Assembly (NCBI GenBank): GCA_037189525.1
Contig: JBBCJC010000005.1
Span: 704,001 to 768,000 of the forward strand
Direction: 5' to 3'
Length of the DNA stretch: 64,000 nt
Source of the DNA: Gemmatimonadales bacterium
Lineage (GTDB): Bacteria > Gemmatimonadota > Gemmatimonadetes > Gemmatimonadales > GWC2-71-9
Shown here: in pieces, positions 12,383 to 22,111 of the stretch
Layout: every line of letters begins with the position of its first letter
How positions within the stretch are numbered: position 1 is the first letter of the stretch
Made by a program: the position numbers and the translations under genes
Notes under the pieces: generated by a model
The model's database searches: none
What the model saw: the letters and a program-made list of their open reading frames with translations, nothing else
Told to the model about the DNA's origin: nothing

Positions 12383-13474
12383 CTAACGATTCTCCCGCTC
12401 GAACCGCTTCATGAAATCGACCAGGGCCACGACGCTCGCTCTCGGGCAGGCGTTATAAAGGCTGGCCCGCATTCCGCCGGCCAGACGGTGTCCCTTGAGC
12501 CCGATCAGGCCATTCCGTTCCGCTTCGGCACAGAACGCGGCCTCCTCCGCTTCGGTGCGAGCCCGGAAGCAGACGTTCATGGGCGACCGATCCGCAGCTG
12601 ACGCCGTGCCCCGGAAAATCACGCTCTGATCCAGAAAGTCGTAAAGCAAGCTCGCCTTTTCGAGATTCCGCTCCTGCATCGCCGCCAATCCGCCCGTTTC
12701 GCGAATCCAGGCGAGCACCTGCCCGACCAGGTAGATCGCCATGGTCGGCGGCGTGTTGTAGAGCGAGTTCGCTTTGACATAGGTCCGATACTGCAACATC
12801 GTCGGCAGCGTTTCCGGGGCCCACTCGGCCAGATCTTCCCGGATGATCACCATCACGATGCCGGACGGGCCTAGATTCTTCTGCGCACCGGCGTAGACCA
12901 GTCCATAGCTGCGCAGATCGATCGGCCGGCTGAACATGTCGCTCGACGTATCTGCCACCAGCACGGCGCCGGCGGGCACCGGCGGCTCCGACGCCCATTG
13001 GGTTCCGTAGATCGTGTTATTGGTCGTCAAATGCACATACACCGGGTCCGGTGAGTATCGGATACTGTTTACCGGCGGGATGGCGGCGTACCCGGTGGCC
13101 TCACCGGACGCCGCGACGTGCACTGCACCGAACTTGCGCGCCTCATCCAGCGCCTTGTCGGCCCAGACGCCGGTGACGAGAAAGTCGGCCGTCCGACCGG
13201 CGCGAAGCAGATTCATCGGCACCATCGCGAACTGCTGCGATGCGCCGCCCTGGATGAATAGGATCCGATAGTTATCCGGGATGCCCGCCAACCGGCGCGC
13301 TTGGGCGTCCGCATCGGCCAGGATCTTCTCGAACAGTTTGCCCCGGTGGCTGTGCTCCATGATCCCGACGCCGGAACCACCGATGTTCCAGAGATCCTGC
13401 TGTGCCTTGCGCAGCACGGGCTCGGGCAACACCCCGGGCCCGGCGTTGAAGTTGGGAATCCGATCCGACGGCAT
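12383..13474 (-). CDS. serC: Phosphoserine aminotransferase
   Basis: NFNAGP, MEHSHR, QGGASQQF, NNTIYGTQ, AGAQKNLGP (PLP Lys), NTPPT, KGHR...GGMRASLYNA. Confidence 0.97.
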   Translation of the reverse strand: MPSDRIPNFNAGPGVLPEPVLRKAQQDLWNIGGSGVGIMEHSHRGKLFEKILADADAQARRLAGIPDNYRILFIQGGASQQFAMVPMNLLRAGRTADFLVTGVWADKALDEARKFGAVHVAASGEATGYAAIPPVNSIRYSPDPVYVHLTTNNTIYGTQWASEPPVPAGAVLVADTSSDMFSRPIDLRSYGLVYAGAQKNLGPSGIVMVIIREDLAEWAPETLPTMLQYRTYVKANSLYNTPPTMAIYLVGQVLAWIRETGGLAAMQERNLEKASLLYDFLDQSVIFRGTASAADRSPMNVCFRARTEAEEAAFCAEAERNGLIGLKGHRLAGGMRASLYNACPRASVVALVDFMKRFERENR

Positions 13475-13485
13475 ACGGTGGGAAC

Positions 13486-14712
13486 TCAGTCGAGGCTGTG
13501 GATGAAGAGACCGCTCTTGAGCTTGGGTTCGAACCAGGTCGTCTTTGGCGGCATGATGCCGCCTCCGTCCGCGACGGTCATGACCTGGTCGATGCGCACC
13601 GGATGGAGCAGAAAGGCAATCGCGGCCCGTCCGCCGTCGACCAGGCGCTCGAGTTCGCGTGCTCCGCGAATCCCCCCGACGAATTCGATCCGCGGGTCGG
13701 CCCGGATGTCGCCGATGCCCAGGATCGGCGCCAGCACCCGATCATACAGCAGCTCGGCATCCAGCGATTTGATCGGATCACGCGCATTGATCGTCTCGGG
13801 ATCAATGGCCAGGCGATACCACTGTCCCGGCAGATAGACCCCGAACACGCCGGAACTCGTCTCCGGCGCCGCCGCGACCGCGTCGAACGAACCGAGTTGG
13901 GCCAGTTCGGCCCGGACGTCATCGACCGGCTTGCCGCCCAGATCGCGCACCGCCCGATTGTACGGCATGATCGACAGCTGCGCAGCCGGGAACAGCACGG
14001 CGAGAAACCAGTTGTACTCTTCGAGCCCGCTGTGACGGGGGTTGGCGGCCCGACGTTCCGTGCCGGCGCGCCAGGCCCCGGCTGACCGATGATGTCCATC
14101 GGCGACATAAGCCGCTGGAATACGGCGAAAGGCGTCGAGATACGGGTCGGCATTACGAATCGTCCAGACCCGGTGGCGCACTCCGTCGTCCGAGGTGAAG
14201 TCATAAGCCGGCAAGCCGCGCATCACGTCCGCGTTGAGCCGGTCGAGATAGGGCTGTCCCTCATAGGTCAGGAACACCGGCTCCGCATGGGTATTGGTCA
14301 CCAGCACGTGGCGGGTCCGGTCGTCTTCCTTGTCGCGCCGAGTCCGCTCGTGCTTCCTGATGACATCCTGCTCGTAGTCGTCGATGTGGACGCAGCCGAC
14401 CACGCCGACCTGGGAGCGGCCGTCCATCACCTGCTCATACACATAGAGCGACGGGTCCCGATCCTGGATCAGGGTCCCGTCGCTCATGAAGGCCTTGAGA
14501 TTGTCGCGCGCCTTGAGATAGACACGCTCATCGTACGACGACACCTCTGCCGGCACATCGATATCCGACCGGCAGATATGCAGAAAGCTGAACGGATTGC
14601 CTTTGGCTAACTGGGCCGCCTCCGCGCGATCGACGACATCGTACGGCGGAGCAGCGACCCGAGCGGCGATCGCGGGGTCAGGCCGCCACGCACGGAACGG
14701 TTTGAGACGAAT
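13486..14712 (-). CDS. DUF1015 family protein, probable ATT start
   Basis: The frame extends 52 codons upstream of the tracked GTG (14556) and reads IRLKPFRAWRP...PPYDV...NPFSFLHI. Also HERT, YVADGHHR, MPPKTTWFEPKLKSGL. Adjacent to serC. Confidence 0.9.
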   Translation of the reverse strand: MRLKPFRAWRPDPAIAARVAAPPYDVVDRAEAAQLAKGNPFSFLHICRSDIDVPAEVSSYDERVYLKARDNLKAFMSDGTLIQDRDPSLYVYEQVMDGRSQVGVVGCVHIDDYEQDVIRKHERTRRDKEDDRTRHVLVTNTHAEPVFLTYEGQPYLDRLNADVMRGLPAYDFTSDDGVRHRVWTIRNADPYLDAFRRIPAAYVADGHHRSAGAWRAGTERRAANPRHSGLEEYNWFLAVLFPAAQLSIMPYNRAVRDLGGKPVDDVRAELAQLGSFDAVAAAPETSSGVFGVYLPGQWYRLAIDPETINARDPIKSLDAELLYDRVLAPILGIGDIRADPRIEFVGGIRGARELERLVDGGRAAIAFLLHPVRIDQVMTVADGGGIMPPKTTWFEPKLKSGLFIHSLD

Positions 14713-14795
14713 CGGTCACTCCCGGACCCAAGGTCCCTGGATCAAGCGAAAACTGTCCTCGAACCGTGCATCCTAGCGGGCGGCCTTTTCCTCCG

Positions 14796-16448
14796 TCAAG
14801 GGCGAGCGCCGCGGGTAAATACGACGTTCCGAACCCGCCCGCCAGACACCCGAAATCCGGTCACTCGACCACCGGTCTTGAGAAACCGCATGGTGCCGGC
14901 GCGCTGCGCCTGGAAGGCGTCGGGATAGAGCGGCCGCATCGGGAAGGTGCCGTGTTTGAAGGTCTTGACGACCAGGCCGCTGTCGCCCTGTTCGATCCGA
15001 TAACTCACCCGAAGCTCATCGCTCCAGTAGTCACCGACGTACTGGGCCAGCGCCGCGCGATTCGGCTCGAAGGGCGGCATTTTGACCAGCGAGTCGGCCA
15101 GTTTGCCACCGTCCAGAACACGGATTGCGACAGGCGCGCCGCCGGACGGTCCGACCAGAACCCCTTCGGAACCGCCCATCCGGATCCGGGAATCGTCGAT
15201 CGCATCCACCGGAAAACCGGGGCCGAACGCACCACCCACGAGCTTGCCGTCGTTCACCCGGTAAATGGTGGCCAGGTCGGAGCGCGAGGAGCGATAGACA
15301 CCGGCAATCGCCTGGGCGCGCGCGCCGGTCAACGCGTTCGGCTTGCGATCCGGAACCGGGGTGAGCTTATCGCCCAGGACGATGTCCGCTACCCCGCGCG
15401 AGTAGTTACCCGGCGTGGCCGCCGCGAAGTTGCACGCCACCGCGACATCCAACCCGTGCTCCGGGAACCGCACCACATCGGCCCGGTAACCGGCATCGGC
15501 GCCACCATGCCCGAAGACCGGCGTGCCACGATAGGTCCCCACCGAAATACCATAGCCGTAGTTGATCGAACGGCCGTCGTTCAGCACACCCGACGTCTCA
15601 GCTTCACGCAGCAGCGGCTTACCGAACACGGTTCCGGTCTCGAAGTTGTGCTGCCACTTGAGCAGATCCTCGACCGTGGTAAAGAGGCTGGTAGCCCCGT
15701 GCGTATCGAACTGGGGAATGCTCGACTTCCACACTCCGTTGACCTCCTGGTACGCCGCAGTGCGCCCGGGAACGACGAAGGTATGGTCATCGTGGACGTG
15801 GGTCCGGGTCATGCCGAGCGGCTTGAAGATGCGCTCGTCGGAAAGCTCACGAAGCGACTTGCCCGAGATCCGCTGCGCAATCACGGCGAGCAGCGTGTAG
15901 CCGCCGTTGCTGTAGCTGTACTCGTCGCCCGGGTTGAAGTTGAGCGCCTTCTGACGGACCAGGATGTCCATCACGTCGTCGTTGGTAAAGAGATCGGAGG
16001 GATAGCGCCATCCGGCGTAGCCCAACAATTCCCAGTGATCGCGCACCCCGGCGGTGTGATACATCAGCTGGCGCACCGTGTAGCGCGGATGCTCAGCCGG
16101 CAGCTCCGGAATGTGCTTCCGGACGTCGTCGTCGAGCGAGAGCTTCCCCTCCTGCGCCAGCCCAGCTACCGCGAGCGCGGCAAACTGCTTCGAGACCGAC
16201 GCCACGTGGAAGATCGATTGTGGCGTAATCGGGGTGCCCTGCTGCAGGTCGGACATCCCGTAGCCGCGGAGGTAGACCGGCTTGCCGGCCAGGCCGACAC
16301 CGACCGCACACCCCGGCCGGTTGGTGCCGTCGAAACGGGCAAAGACGCTGTCGATCTGACGGATCTGCGTGGGCGTGAGCGATTGCGCCACCAGCGGGGC
16401 CGCGCCCAGCACCGCCGGAAGAAGGAACGACACGAGTCGTCTGGTCAT
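14796..16448 (-). CDS. Secreted serine hydrolase (class C beta-lactamase/D-aminopeptidase family)
   Basis: Signal peptide; ASVSKQF (SxxK), YSN, HGG. Confidence 0.9.
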   Translation of the reverse strand: MTRRLVSFLLPAVLGAAPLVAQSLTPTQIRQIDSVFARFDGTNRPGCAVGVGLAGKPVYLRGYGMSDLQQGTPITPQSIFHVASVSKQFAALAVAGLAQEGKLSLDDDVRKHIPELPAEHPRYTVRQLMYHTAGVRDHWELLGYAGWRYPSDLFTNDDVMDILVRQKALNFNPGDEYSYSNGGYTLLAVIAQRISGKSLRELSDERIFKPLGMTRTHVHDDHTFVVPGRTAAYQEVNGVWKSSIPQFDTHGATSLFTTVEDLLKWQHNFETGTVFGKPLLREAETSGVLNDGRSINYGYGISVGTYRGTPVFGHGGADAGYRADVVRFPEHGLDVAVACNFAAATPGNYSRGVADIVLGDKLTPVPDRKPNALTGARAQAIAGVYRSSRSDLATIYRVNDGKLVGGAFGPGFPVDAIDDSRIRMGGSEGVLVGPSGGAPVAIRVLDGGKLADSLVKMPPFEPNRAALAQYVGDYWSDELRVSYRIEQGDSGLVVKTFKHGTFPMRPLYPDAFQAQRAGTMRFLKTGGRVTGFRVSGGRVRNVVFTRGARP

Positions 16449-16464
16449 GAGATACCTGAGGTTG

Positions 16465-17769
16465 TTAACGGGAATCGTGGCGCAGGACCGCGCCGTGCTT
16501 CATCACGAATTGGACACCGCGGAGCGCCGAGACGTTGGTCAGGGGGTCGCCACCGACGGCGATCAAGTCCGCCAGCAGCCCCGGCCTGATTCGTCCTCGA
16601 TCCGCCAGATCGAGAATGTCCGCATTGCCACTGGTCGCCGCCTGTACGGCTGCCAGCGGCGACAAGCCATACTCCACCAGCATCTCCAGCTCACGGACGT
16701 TGTCGCCGTGCCGGAAGACACCCACATCACTGCCATTGCAGATCCGTACACCCGCATCGATCGCGGCGCGCACACTGGCCCGCTTCCGCGTAATGACCTC
16801 GGGCTCCGGATCGACACCCTTGCGCCATCCGCGGTATTGCTGGATCGCGTCACCCGCCGAGATCGTCGGGCACAGGGCGACCCCACGCTCGACCATCAGA
16901 CGGAACACCTCGGCCGTGCCGCCGTCGCCGTGCTCGATGGTTCGCGCGCCGGCGAGCGTGGCCCGGCGCATCCCTTCCGGGGTCGAGGTATGCACCACCA
17001 CATGACGGCCGCTGCTCGCCGCGGTTTCGACGATCCGGGTCAACTCCGCCAGCGAATAGGTCGGACGGGCTTCTCCGTTCGGGCCCCAGCGGTAGTCGCC
17101 ATAGACCTTGATCCAGTCGGCCCCGTTGCCGATCTGACGTCGGACCACCCGAGTCAGTTCCTCTTCGCCGTCCGCTTCCTCCGCACCTTGCGGCACCCGC
17201 CAGCGTGGATCGAAGCCCTTGGGAGCATAGCTCCCGGTGGCGATCAGAGCGCGCGTGGTCGCGAGGATACGCGGGCCGACGATGATCCCCTCGTCGACCG
17301 CCTGCCGAAGCCCGACATCCGCCTCATCTGCGCCCTCGGTGCCCAGGTCGCGCACCGTGGTCCAACCGGCCAGCACGGTGCTCCGCGCGTGATTGGTGGC
17401 CCGGGCCACCCGCAACGCCAGCGACTCTTTGAGCACCTGGTCGTTCCAGGGCGCTTCATCGTACGGATGAAGCAGCAGATGCGAATGCCCTTCGATCAAC
17501 CCCGGGAGCAACGTCAGACCCGGCAGCCTGATGACCGCGGCACCCGCCGGAATCTGACCGACCGGCCGAACCCAACTGATCCGAGCCCCCGTGACCCCGA
17601 CCGCATACCCGGTTCGTAGCGAGTCGCCGTCGAAGACCGCTCGCGGGGCGATGACCACGAGCGAGTCGCCGGGAGAACGCGACGGCTCGGCGGCGGCCGC
17701 CTGACCCGCCAGCAATACTGGCCACGCCGCTTTGACCAGTCCGCCCAACACGGCTGCCCACACGCGCAT
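16465..17769 (-). CDS. Metal-dependent amidohydrolase (Xaa-Pro dipeptidase-like)
   Basis: LLPGLIEGHSH, GWTTVRDLG, GADWIK, IEHG, GSDVG, GLLADLIAV. Confidence 0.9.
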   Translation of the reverse strand: MRVWAAVLGGLVKAAWPVLLAGQAAAAEPSRSPGDSLVVIAPRAVFDGDSLRTGYAVGVTGARISWVRPVGQIPAGAAVIRLPGLTLLPGLIEGHSHLLLHPYDEAPWNDQVLKESLALRVARATNHARSTVLAGWTTVRDLGTEGADEADVGLRQAVDEGIIVGPRILATTRALIATGSYAPKGFDPRWRVPQGAEEADGEEELTRVVRRQIGNGADWIKVYGDYRWGPNGEARPTYSLAELTRIVETAASSGRHVVVHTSTPEGMRRATLAGARTIEHGDGGTAEVFRLMVERGVALCPTISAGDAIQQYRGWRKGVDPEPEVITRKRASVRAAIDAGVRICNGSDVGVFRHGDNVRELEMLVEYGLSPLAAVQAATSGNADILDLADRGRIRPGLLADLIAVGGDPLTNVSALRGVQFVMKHGAVLRHDSR

Positions 17770-17842
17770 CGTTGCTCAAGTCTCGGGGAAGAGGTAACGT
17801 TAGCCCGGTTTGCCCTGCCACCCAAGACCACCGCGTTCATAT

Positions 17843-18118
17843 ATGTCAGATTCGCTCCGGGCCCTGGCCCGAACCCGCTGGCGTGTTGCAATCGGGCTCA
17901 CCCTGCTGATGATGCTGATCTACTTCGGCTTCATCCTGCTGGTGGCCTTCGATCCCTCGCTGATGGCCCGCCTGCTGGCGCCGGGACTGAGCCTGGGCAT
18001 CGCGATCGGCGCCTTCGTCATCGTCGCCGCCTGGATTCTGACTCTCGGGTACGTGCGGTGGGCCAACCGCCGCTATGACCCCGAGCTGGCTCGGCTCCGA
18101 AAGGACGCCAAGCCATGA
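17843..18118 (+). CDS. DUF485 (YjcH-like) small membrane protein
   Basis: Two TM helices and YVRWANRRYD; ATGA overlap with the following symporter, the usual yjcH-actP layout. Confidence 0.88.
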   Translation: MSDSLRALARTRWRVAIGLTLLMMLIYFGFILLVAFDPSLMARLLAPGLSLGIAIGAFVIVAAWILTLGYVRWANRRYDPELARLRKDAKP

Positions 18119-19671
18119 CCCAGGAACCCGTGACCACCGCCATCGGCAATACCAATCCGGTCGCCATCGGCTTCTTCCTGGCGTTCATCTCGCTCACGTT
18201 GGGCATTACGTATTGGGCCGCCCGTCGAACCAAGACAACCGAGGAGTTCTTCGCCGCCGGACGCTCGATCAGCGCGGGCCAGAACGGCTGGGCCCTGGCC
18301 GGCGACTACATGAGCGCCGCGTCGTTTCTCGGCATCGCCGGCCTGGTCGCGACCACCGGCTTCGACGGCCTGATCTATTCGACCGGCTGGCTGGTCGGCT
18401 GGCCGGTGGTGCTGTTTCTGATTGCCGAGCCGCTCAGAAACTTGGGCAAATACACCTTCACCGACGTGGTCGCCCTGCACCGTCGGTCCAAGCCGATTCG
18501 TGTCGCGGCTGCAATCGGGACGCTGGCGACCGTGACGCTCTATCTGATCGCGCAGATGGTCGGCGCCGGCGGTCTGATCCGCCTGATGTTCGGGATCAAC
18601 TACGAAGCGGCCATCGTGCTGGTCGGCGCGGTAATGATCCTCTACGTGCTTGCCGGCGGGATGATCGCGACGACCTGGGTCCAGATCGTCAAAGCGGTGC
18701 TGCTCATTTCGGGCGCCACCATCCTGGTCGGGCTCGTACTGTTCCGCTTCGGGATGAGCCCCACCGCGCTCTTTGCCGCGGCGGCCGACCGGTTCGGCCA
18801 GGGTGTCCTGGCTCCGGGCCGATTGGTCACCAATCCCTGGGATGCGGTCTCGCTCGGCATGGCGCTGATGTTCGGCACTGCCGGGCTGCCCCATATTCTG
18901 ATGCGATTCTTCACAGTGCCGGATGCGCAGGCAGCGCGGAAGTCGGTTTTCTATGCGACTGGACTGATCGGGGCGTTTTACCTGCTCACGTTCGTGATCG
19001 GTTTCGGCGCCATGGTGCTGGTCGGACCCGACACCATTCGCGGCGTGGACGCCGGCGGCAACATGGCCGCGCCCCTGTTAGCCGAGGCGCTCGGCGGTAC
19101 GGCGTTTCTCGGCTTCATTGCCGCGGTGGCGTTTGCGACTATTCTGGCGGTGGTGGCCGGATTGACGCTGTCGGGCGCGGCGGCCCTCTCGCACGATCTC
19201 TGGGTCAATGTGGTGCGAGACGGCCATGCCACCAATCGCGAACAACTGGGTGTGGCGCGGGTGGCGACCATCCTGCTGGGGATCGTCGCCGTCTTGCTGG
19301 GCATCGTGTTCAAGGGGCAGAACGTCGCCTTCATGGTTTCGCTGGCCTTTGCCATCGCAGCAAGCGGCAACTTCCCGGCGTTGTGCCTGGCCGTCTTCTG
19401 GCGCCGTGCGACCACGACCGGCCTGCTCGCCAGCATGATCATCGGGACGATCACGACGCTGGCGCTGATCTACCTCTCGCCCACGATCCAGGTCGACATT
19501 CTGGGCAACACGTCCGCGCCGTTTCCACTCAAGAACCCGGCTGTCATCACGATTCCGCTTTCGTTCCTGGTCGGCGTCCTGGCATCGCTTGCCACGCAGC
19601 AACGGAGCGCGGACGAGATCCTTCGGTTCGAGGAGCGGGAGCGCCAGATGCACTGGGGCGACGGCGCCTGA
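18115..19671 (+). CDS. actP: Cation/acetate symporter (SSS family)
   Basis: NGWALAGDYMSAASFLG, AEPLRNLGKYT, FGTAGLPHILMRFFTVP, GGNMAA, AVAFATILAVVAGL. Confidence 0.92.
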   Translation: MTQEPVTTAIGNTNPVAIGFFLAFISLTLGITYWAARRTKTTEEFFAAGRSISAGQNGWALAGDYMSAASFLGIAGLVATTGFDGLIYSTGWLVGWPVVLFLIAEPLRNLGKYTFTDVVALHRRSKPIRVAAAIGTLATVTLYLIAQMVGAGGLIRLMFGINYEAAIVLVGAVMILYVLAGGMIATTWVQIVKAVLLISGATILVGLVLFRFGMSPTALFAAAADRFGQGVLAPGRLVTNPWDAVSLGMALMFGTAGLPHILMRFFTVPDAQAARKSVFYATGLIGAFYLLTFVIGFGAMVLVGPDTIRGVDAGGNMAAPLLAEALGGTAFLGFIAAVAFATILAVVAGLTLSGAAALSHDLWVNVVRDGHATNREQLGVARVATILLGIVAVLLGIVFKGQNVAFMVSLAFAIAASGNFPALCLAVFWRRATTTGLLASMIIGTITTLALIYLSPTIQVDILGNTSAPFPLKNPAVITIPLSFLVGVLASLATQQRSADEILRFEERERQMHWGDGA

Positions 19672-19734
19672 GGTAGCGCTGGCACCACTCGTTCCATTCG
19701 GGCATCTTTGGAGACTCTTCTACCGGGATGCCCG

Positions 19735-21354
19735 ATGTCTCACCTCACCAAGGTCGCCGTGCTCGCGGCCGTGGCCACCGGGGCGGCAGCGCCCCTCGCT
19801 GCTCAGACCGCAGCCCTGCTCGATTCGACCTTTCGGGAATGGAACAGCACCACCGGACCGGGGTGCACCGTCGGCGTCGATTTCAACGGGCAGCGCACCA
19901 CCCGCGCGTATGGTATGGCCAATCTCGAGTACGGGATTGCGCTCCGGCCCAATTCCATCGTCGAGTCCGGATCGGTGGCCAAACAGTTCGCCACTGCGGC
20001 GGCCGCCCTGCTCCATATTCGCGGCCGGCTGAACCTCGACGACGATATCCGTAAGTACCTGCCGGAGCTCAAGGACTTTGGCACACCTATCACGATCCGG
20101 CAGCTCTTCAGCCACACCAGCGGGCTGCGCGACCAGTGGGCGCTGCTAGGCCTTCAGGGCATCGGACCGGGTCAGGCGGTCCACACCCTGCCCTGGATCC
20201 TCGATCTGGCATCACACCAGGAGGATCTCAACTTCACCCCTGGCAGCCATCACCTCTACAGCAACATGGGGTACGTCCTGGCCGCCATCATCATGGAGCG
20301 GGTCCTGGGCGAACCCTTTGCCCGGTTTTCCGAGCGGGAGTTCTTCGTGCCGCTCGGAATGACGCGGACCCAGTGGCGTGACGACTACCGAAGGATCGTT
20401 ACAGATCGGGCCACGGCCTACGCGCGCGAAGGGAACGCCTGGGTGCAGGACATGCCGTTCACCATGGTGCACGGCAATGGCGGCCTCCTCTCCACGGTGG
20501 ACGACATGCTTCGCTGGAACGAAGCGCTGACCAAGGGCACCATCCCCGGTGGCGCCGAGTTGGTTCGGCTGCTCGAAACGCCCCCGACCCTGACCGACGG
20601 TACCACGATTCGCTACGCGCTCGGCTTGAGCGTCGACGATTTCCGGGGCACCCGAATGGTGAGCCATGGCGGCGCCACCGCCGGCTATCGTACCTATCTG
20701 GCCCGCTGGCCGGATCGTCAGCTGTCGATTGCAGTCCTGTGTAATGCCGCTCAAGCCAATCCGACGGCATACACCACGCAGATCGCCAGCCGGCTCCTGA
20801 ACGTCCCTGCCGGGCGCGAGGCCCCGTCGGCGCCGGTTGCCATCAGCCGCGCCGAGTTGGAACCATTGGTGGGAGTCTATCGGGATTCGACCAATGATCA
20901 GATCGTCCGTGTGACGATGTCGGGCGATCAGCTGACGGCTGCTCCTGGCGGCCTGCTGGTGCATCTGGGCGATCGGCGCTTCTGGAACGCCAACGCGGGC
21001 GAGTTGCGGTTCATTGCCTCGGGGTCGACCTGGAAGCTCGAACGGCCGCAAGACGGGTGGGGCCACTTCTCGCGTGACGAGGCGCCGCCTACGGTCCGCT
21101 CCAGCGACTATGTGGGTCGGTACCGGAGCCCGGAGCTCGAGGTCACGTATGAGGTCGTCTCGGATTCAGCCGGGGGACTCACGCTCAAGGTCCGACGTGC
21201 GGGCAACCTACCGCTCCGTCCCGCCTACACGGATGGCTTTGCGGCGGGTGGAGGACGAACCATTCGTTTCACCCGGGATCGCCGCGGTACAGTCACCGGC
21301 TTCCGCGTATTTGCCGGCCGAGCACTCGGCGTTCAATTCGCCATCATCCAATAA
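19735..21354 (+). CDS. Secreted serine hydrolase (class C beta-lactamase family)
   Basis: Signal peptide from ATG 19735; GSVAKQF, YSN, SHGG; paralogous to 14796-16448. Confidence 0.9.
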   Translation: MSHLTKVAVLAAVATGAAAPLAAQTAALLDSTFREWNSTTGPGCTVGVDFNGQRTTRAYGMANLEYGIALRPNSIVESGSVAKQFATAAAALLHIRGRLNLDDDIRKYLPELKDFGTPITIRQLFSHTSGLRDQWALLGLQGIGPGQAVHTLPWILDLASHQEDLNFTPGSHHLYSNMGYVLAAIIMERVLGEPFARFSEREFFVPLGMTRTQWRDDYRRIVTDRATAYAREGNAWVQDMPFTMVHGNGGLLSTVDDMLRWNEALTKGTIPGGAELVRLLETPPTLTDGTTIRYALGLSVDDFRGTRMVSHGGATAGYRTYLARWPDRQLSIAVLCNAAQANPTAYTTQIASRLLNVPAGREAPSAPVAISRAELEPLVGVYRDSTNDQIVRVTMSGDQLTAAPGGLLVHLGDRRFWNANAGELRFIASGSTWKLERPQDGWGHFSRDEAPPTVRSSDYVGRYRSPELEVTYEVVSDSAGGLTLKVRRAGNLPLRPAYTDGFAAGGGRTIRFTRDRRGTVTGFRVFAGRALGVQFAIIQ

Positions 21355-21363
21355 AGAAACGTT

Positions 21364-21389
21364 AGGCCCCTCGGGAAAGCGAGGGGCCT
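21364..21389. terminator. Hairpin between convergent genes at the left island edge
   Basis: Perfect 10-bp stem AGGCCCCTCG-ggaaag-CGAGGGGCCT; no strong U-tail. Confidence 0.6.
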
Positions 21390-21427
21390 CATGAAAGGTT
21401 AGCTCCAGCAGCGGGAAAGGGACTCTG

Positions 21428-22111
21428 TCACCTGAGCAGACGCTCTACATGAGTGCCAAGAGGGTTCTCTAAAATGCGCCGAGCGAGTATCCCGGACATC
21501 CTAGCGGCCGCGAAACTTACACCACTATAGACCTGCTGACCTCCGCCCAAGGATCTAGCCAACAATTGGTGTCCTTTACACGACAACTCAATATCGTCTT
21601 CCGGTGAATAGACGAAATTTTCCGTTTGGCTTGGGCCTGCAAGACGGACCCCAAACACGTTGTCAAAATACGCGGGATAACACTCATTACCACCTCCCCC
21701 AGCGGCAGCGATCAATATTACCCCGGCACTCCTTGCCATTGAACACGCCCGGTACAAGTGACCAATAGCCACTTGCGACGTCGACCCAAGACTGAGATTA
21801 ATTATGTCTGCTCCATACCGTACCGCATAGTCGATTGCCTCAGCAACCACGACCATCGATGTTCTGAGTTTGCGGCCGAACACCTTAAGTGGAACAATCG
21901 TTGTATGGGGACACTCGCGGAGGATGATGTCAATACAGGCAGTTCCATGTCCATGGAAATCAGGCGCACCCAGTTGAACACGAGCCAGCCGTCTCCCATA
22001 CTCATCAACAAACGACGCACCAGGCAAGACACCGGGCTCACTGACGTAAGGATCCCAGCCGCTATCAACCACTGCGATCAACACTTTCCCCTGAGCGCCT
22101 GGGAAAGTCAT
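21428..22111 (-). CDS. Minimal S8 (subtilisin-like) peptidase, candidate LanP leader protease
   Basis: Triad motifs IAVVDSG, HGTAC, SGVSFAA, plus IINLSLG. No signal peptide or propeptide; ATG immediately follows the HlyD stop. Confidence 0.85.
   Translation of the reverse strand: MTFPGAQGKVLIAVVDSGWDPYVSEPGVLPGASFVDEYGRRLARVQLGAPDFHGHGTACIDIILRECPHTTIVPLKVFGRKLRTSMVVVAEAIDYAVRYGADIINLSLGSTSQVAIGHLYRACSMARSAGVILIAAAGGGGNECYPAYFDNVFGVRLAGPSQTENFVYSPEDDIELSCKGHQLLARSLGGGQQVYSGVSFAAARMSGILARRILENPLGTHVERLLR

Noticed and set aside
14766..16589. Long antisense or alternate-frame ORFs (also 18075-19676, 37952-39598, 40167-42413, 52355-53983, 55647-57389, 59918-61417)
   Set aside because: They overlap well-supported genes, lack family motifs, and are expected from stop-codon scarcity in high-GC coding DNA.
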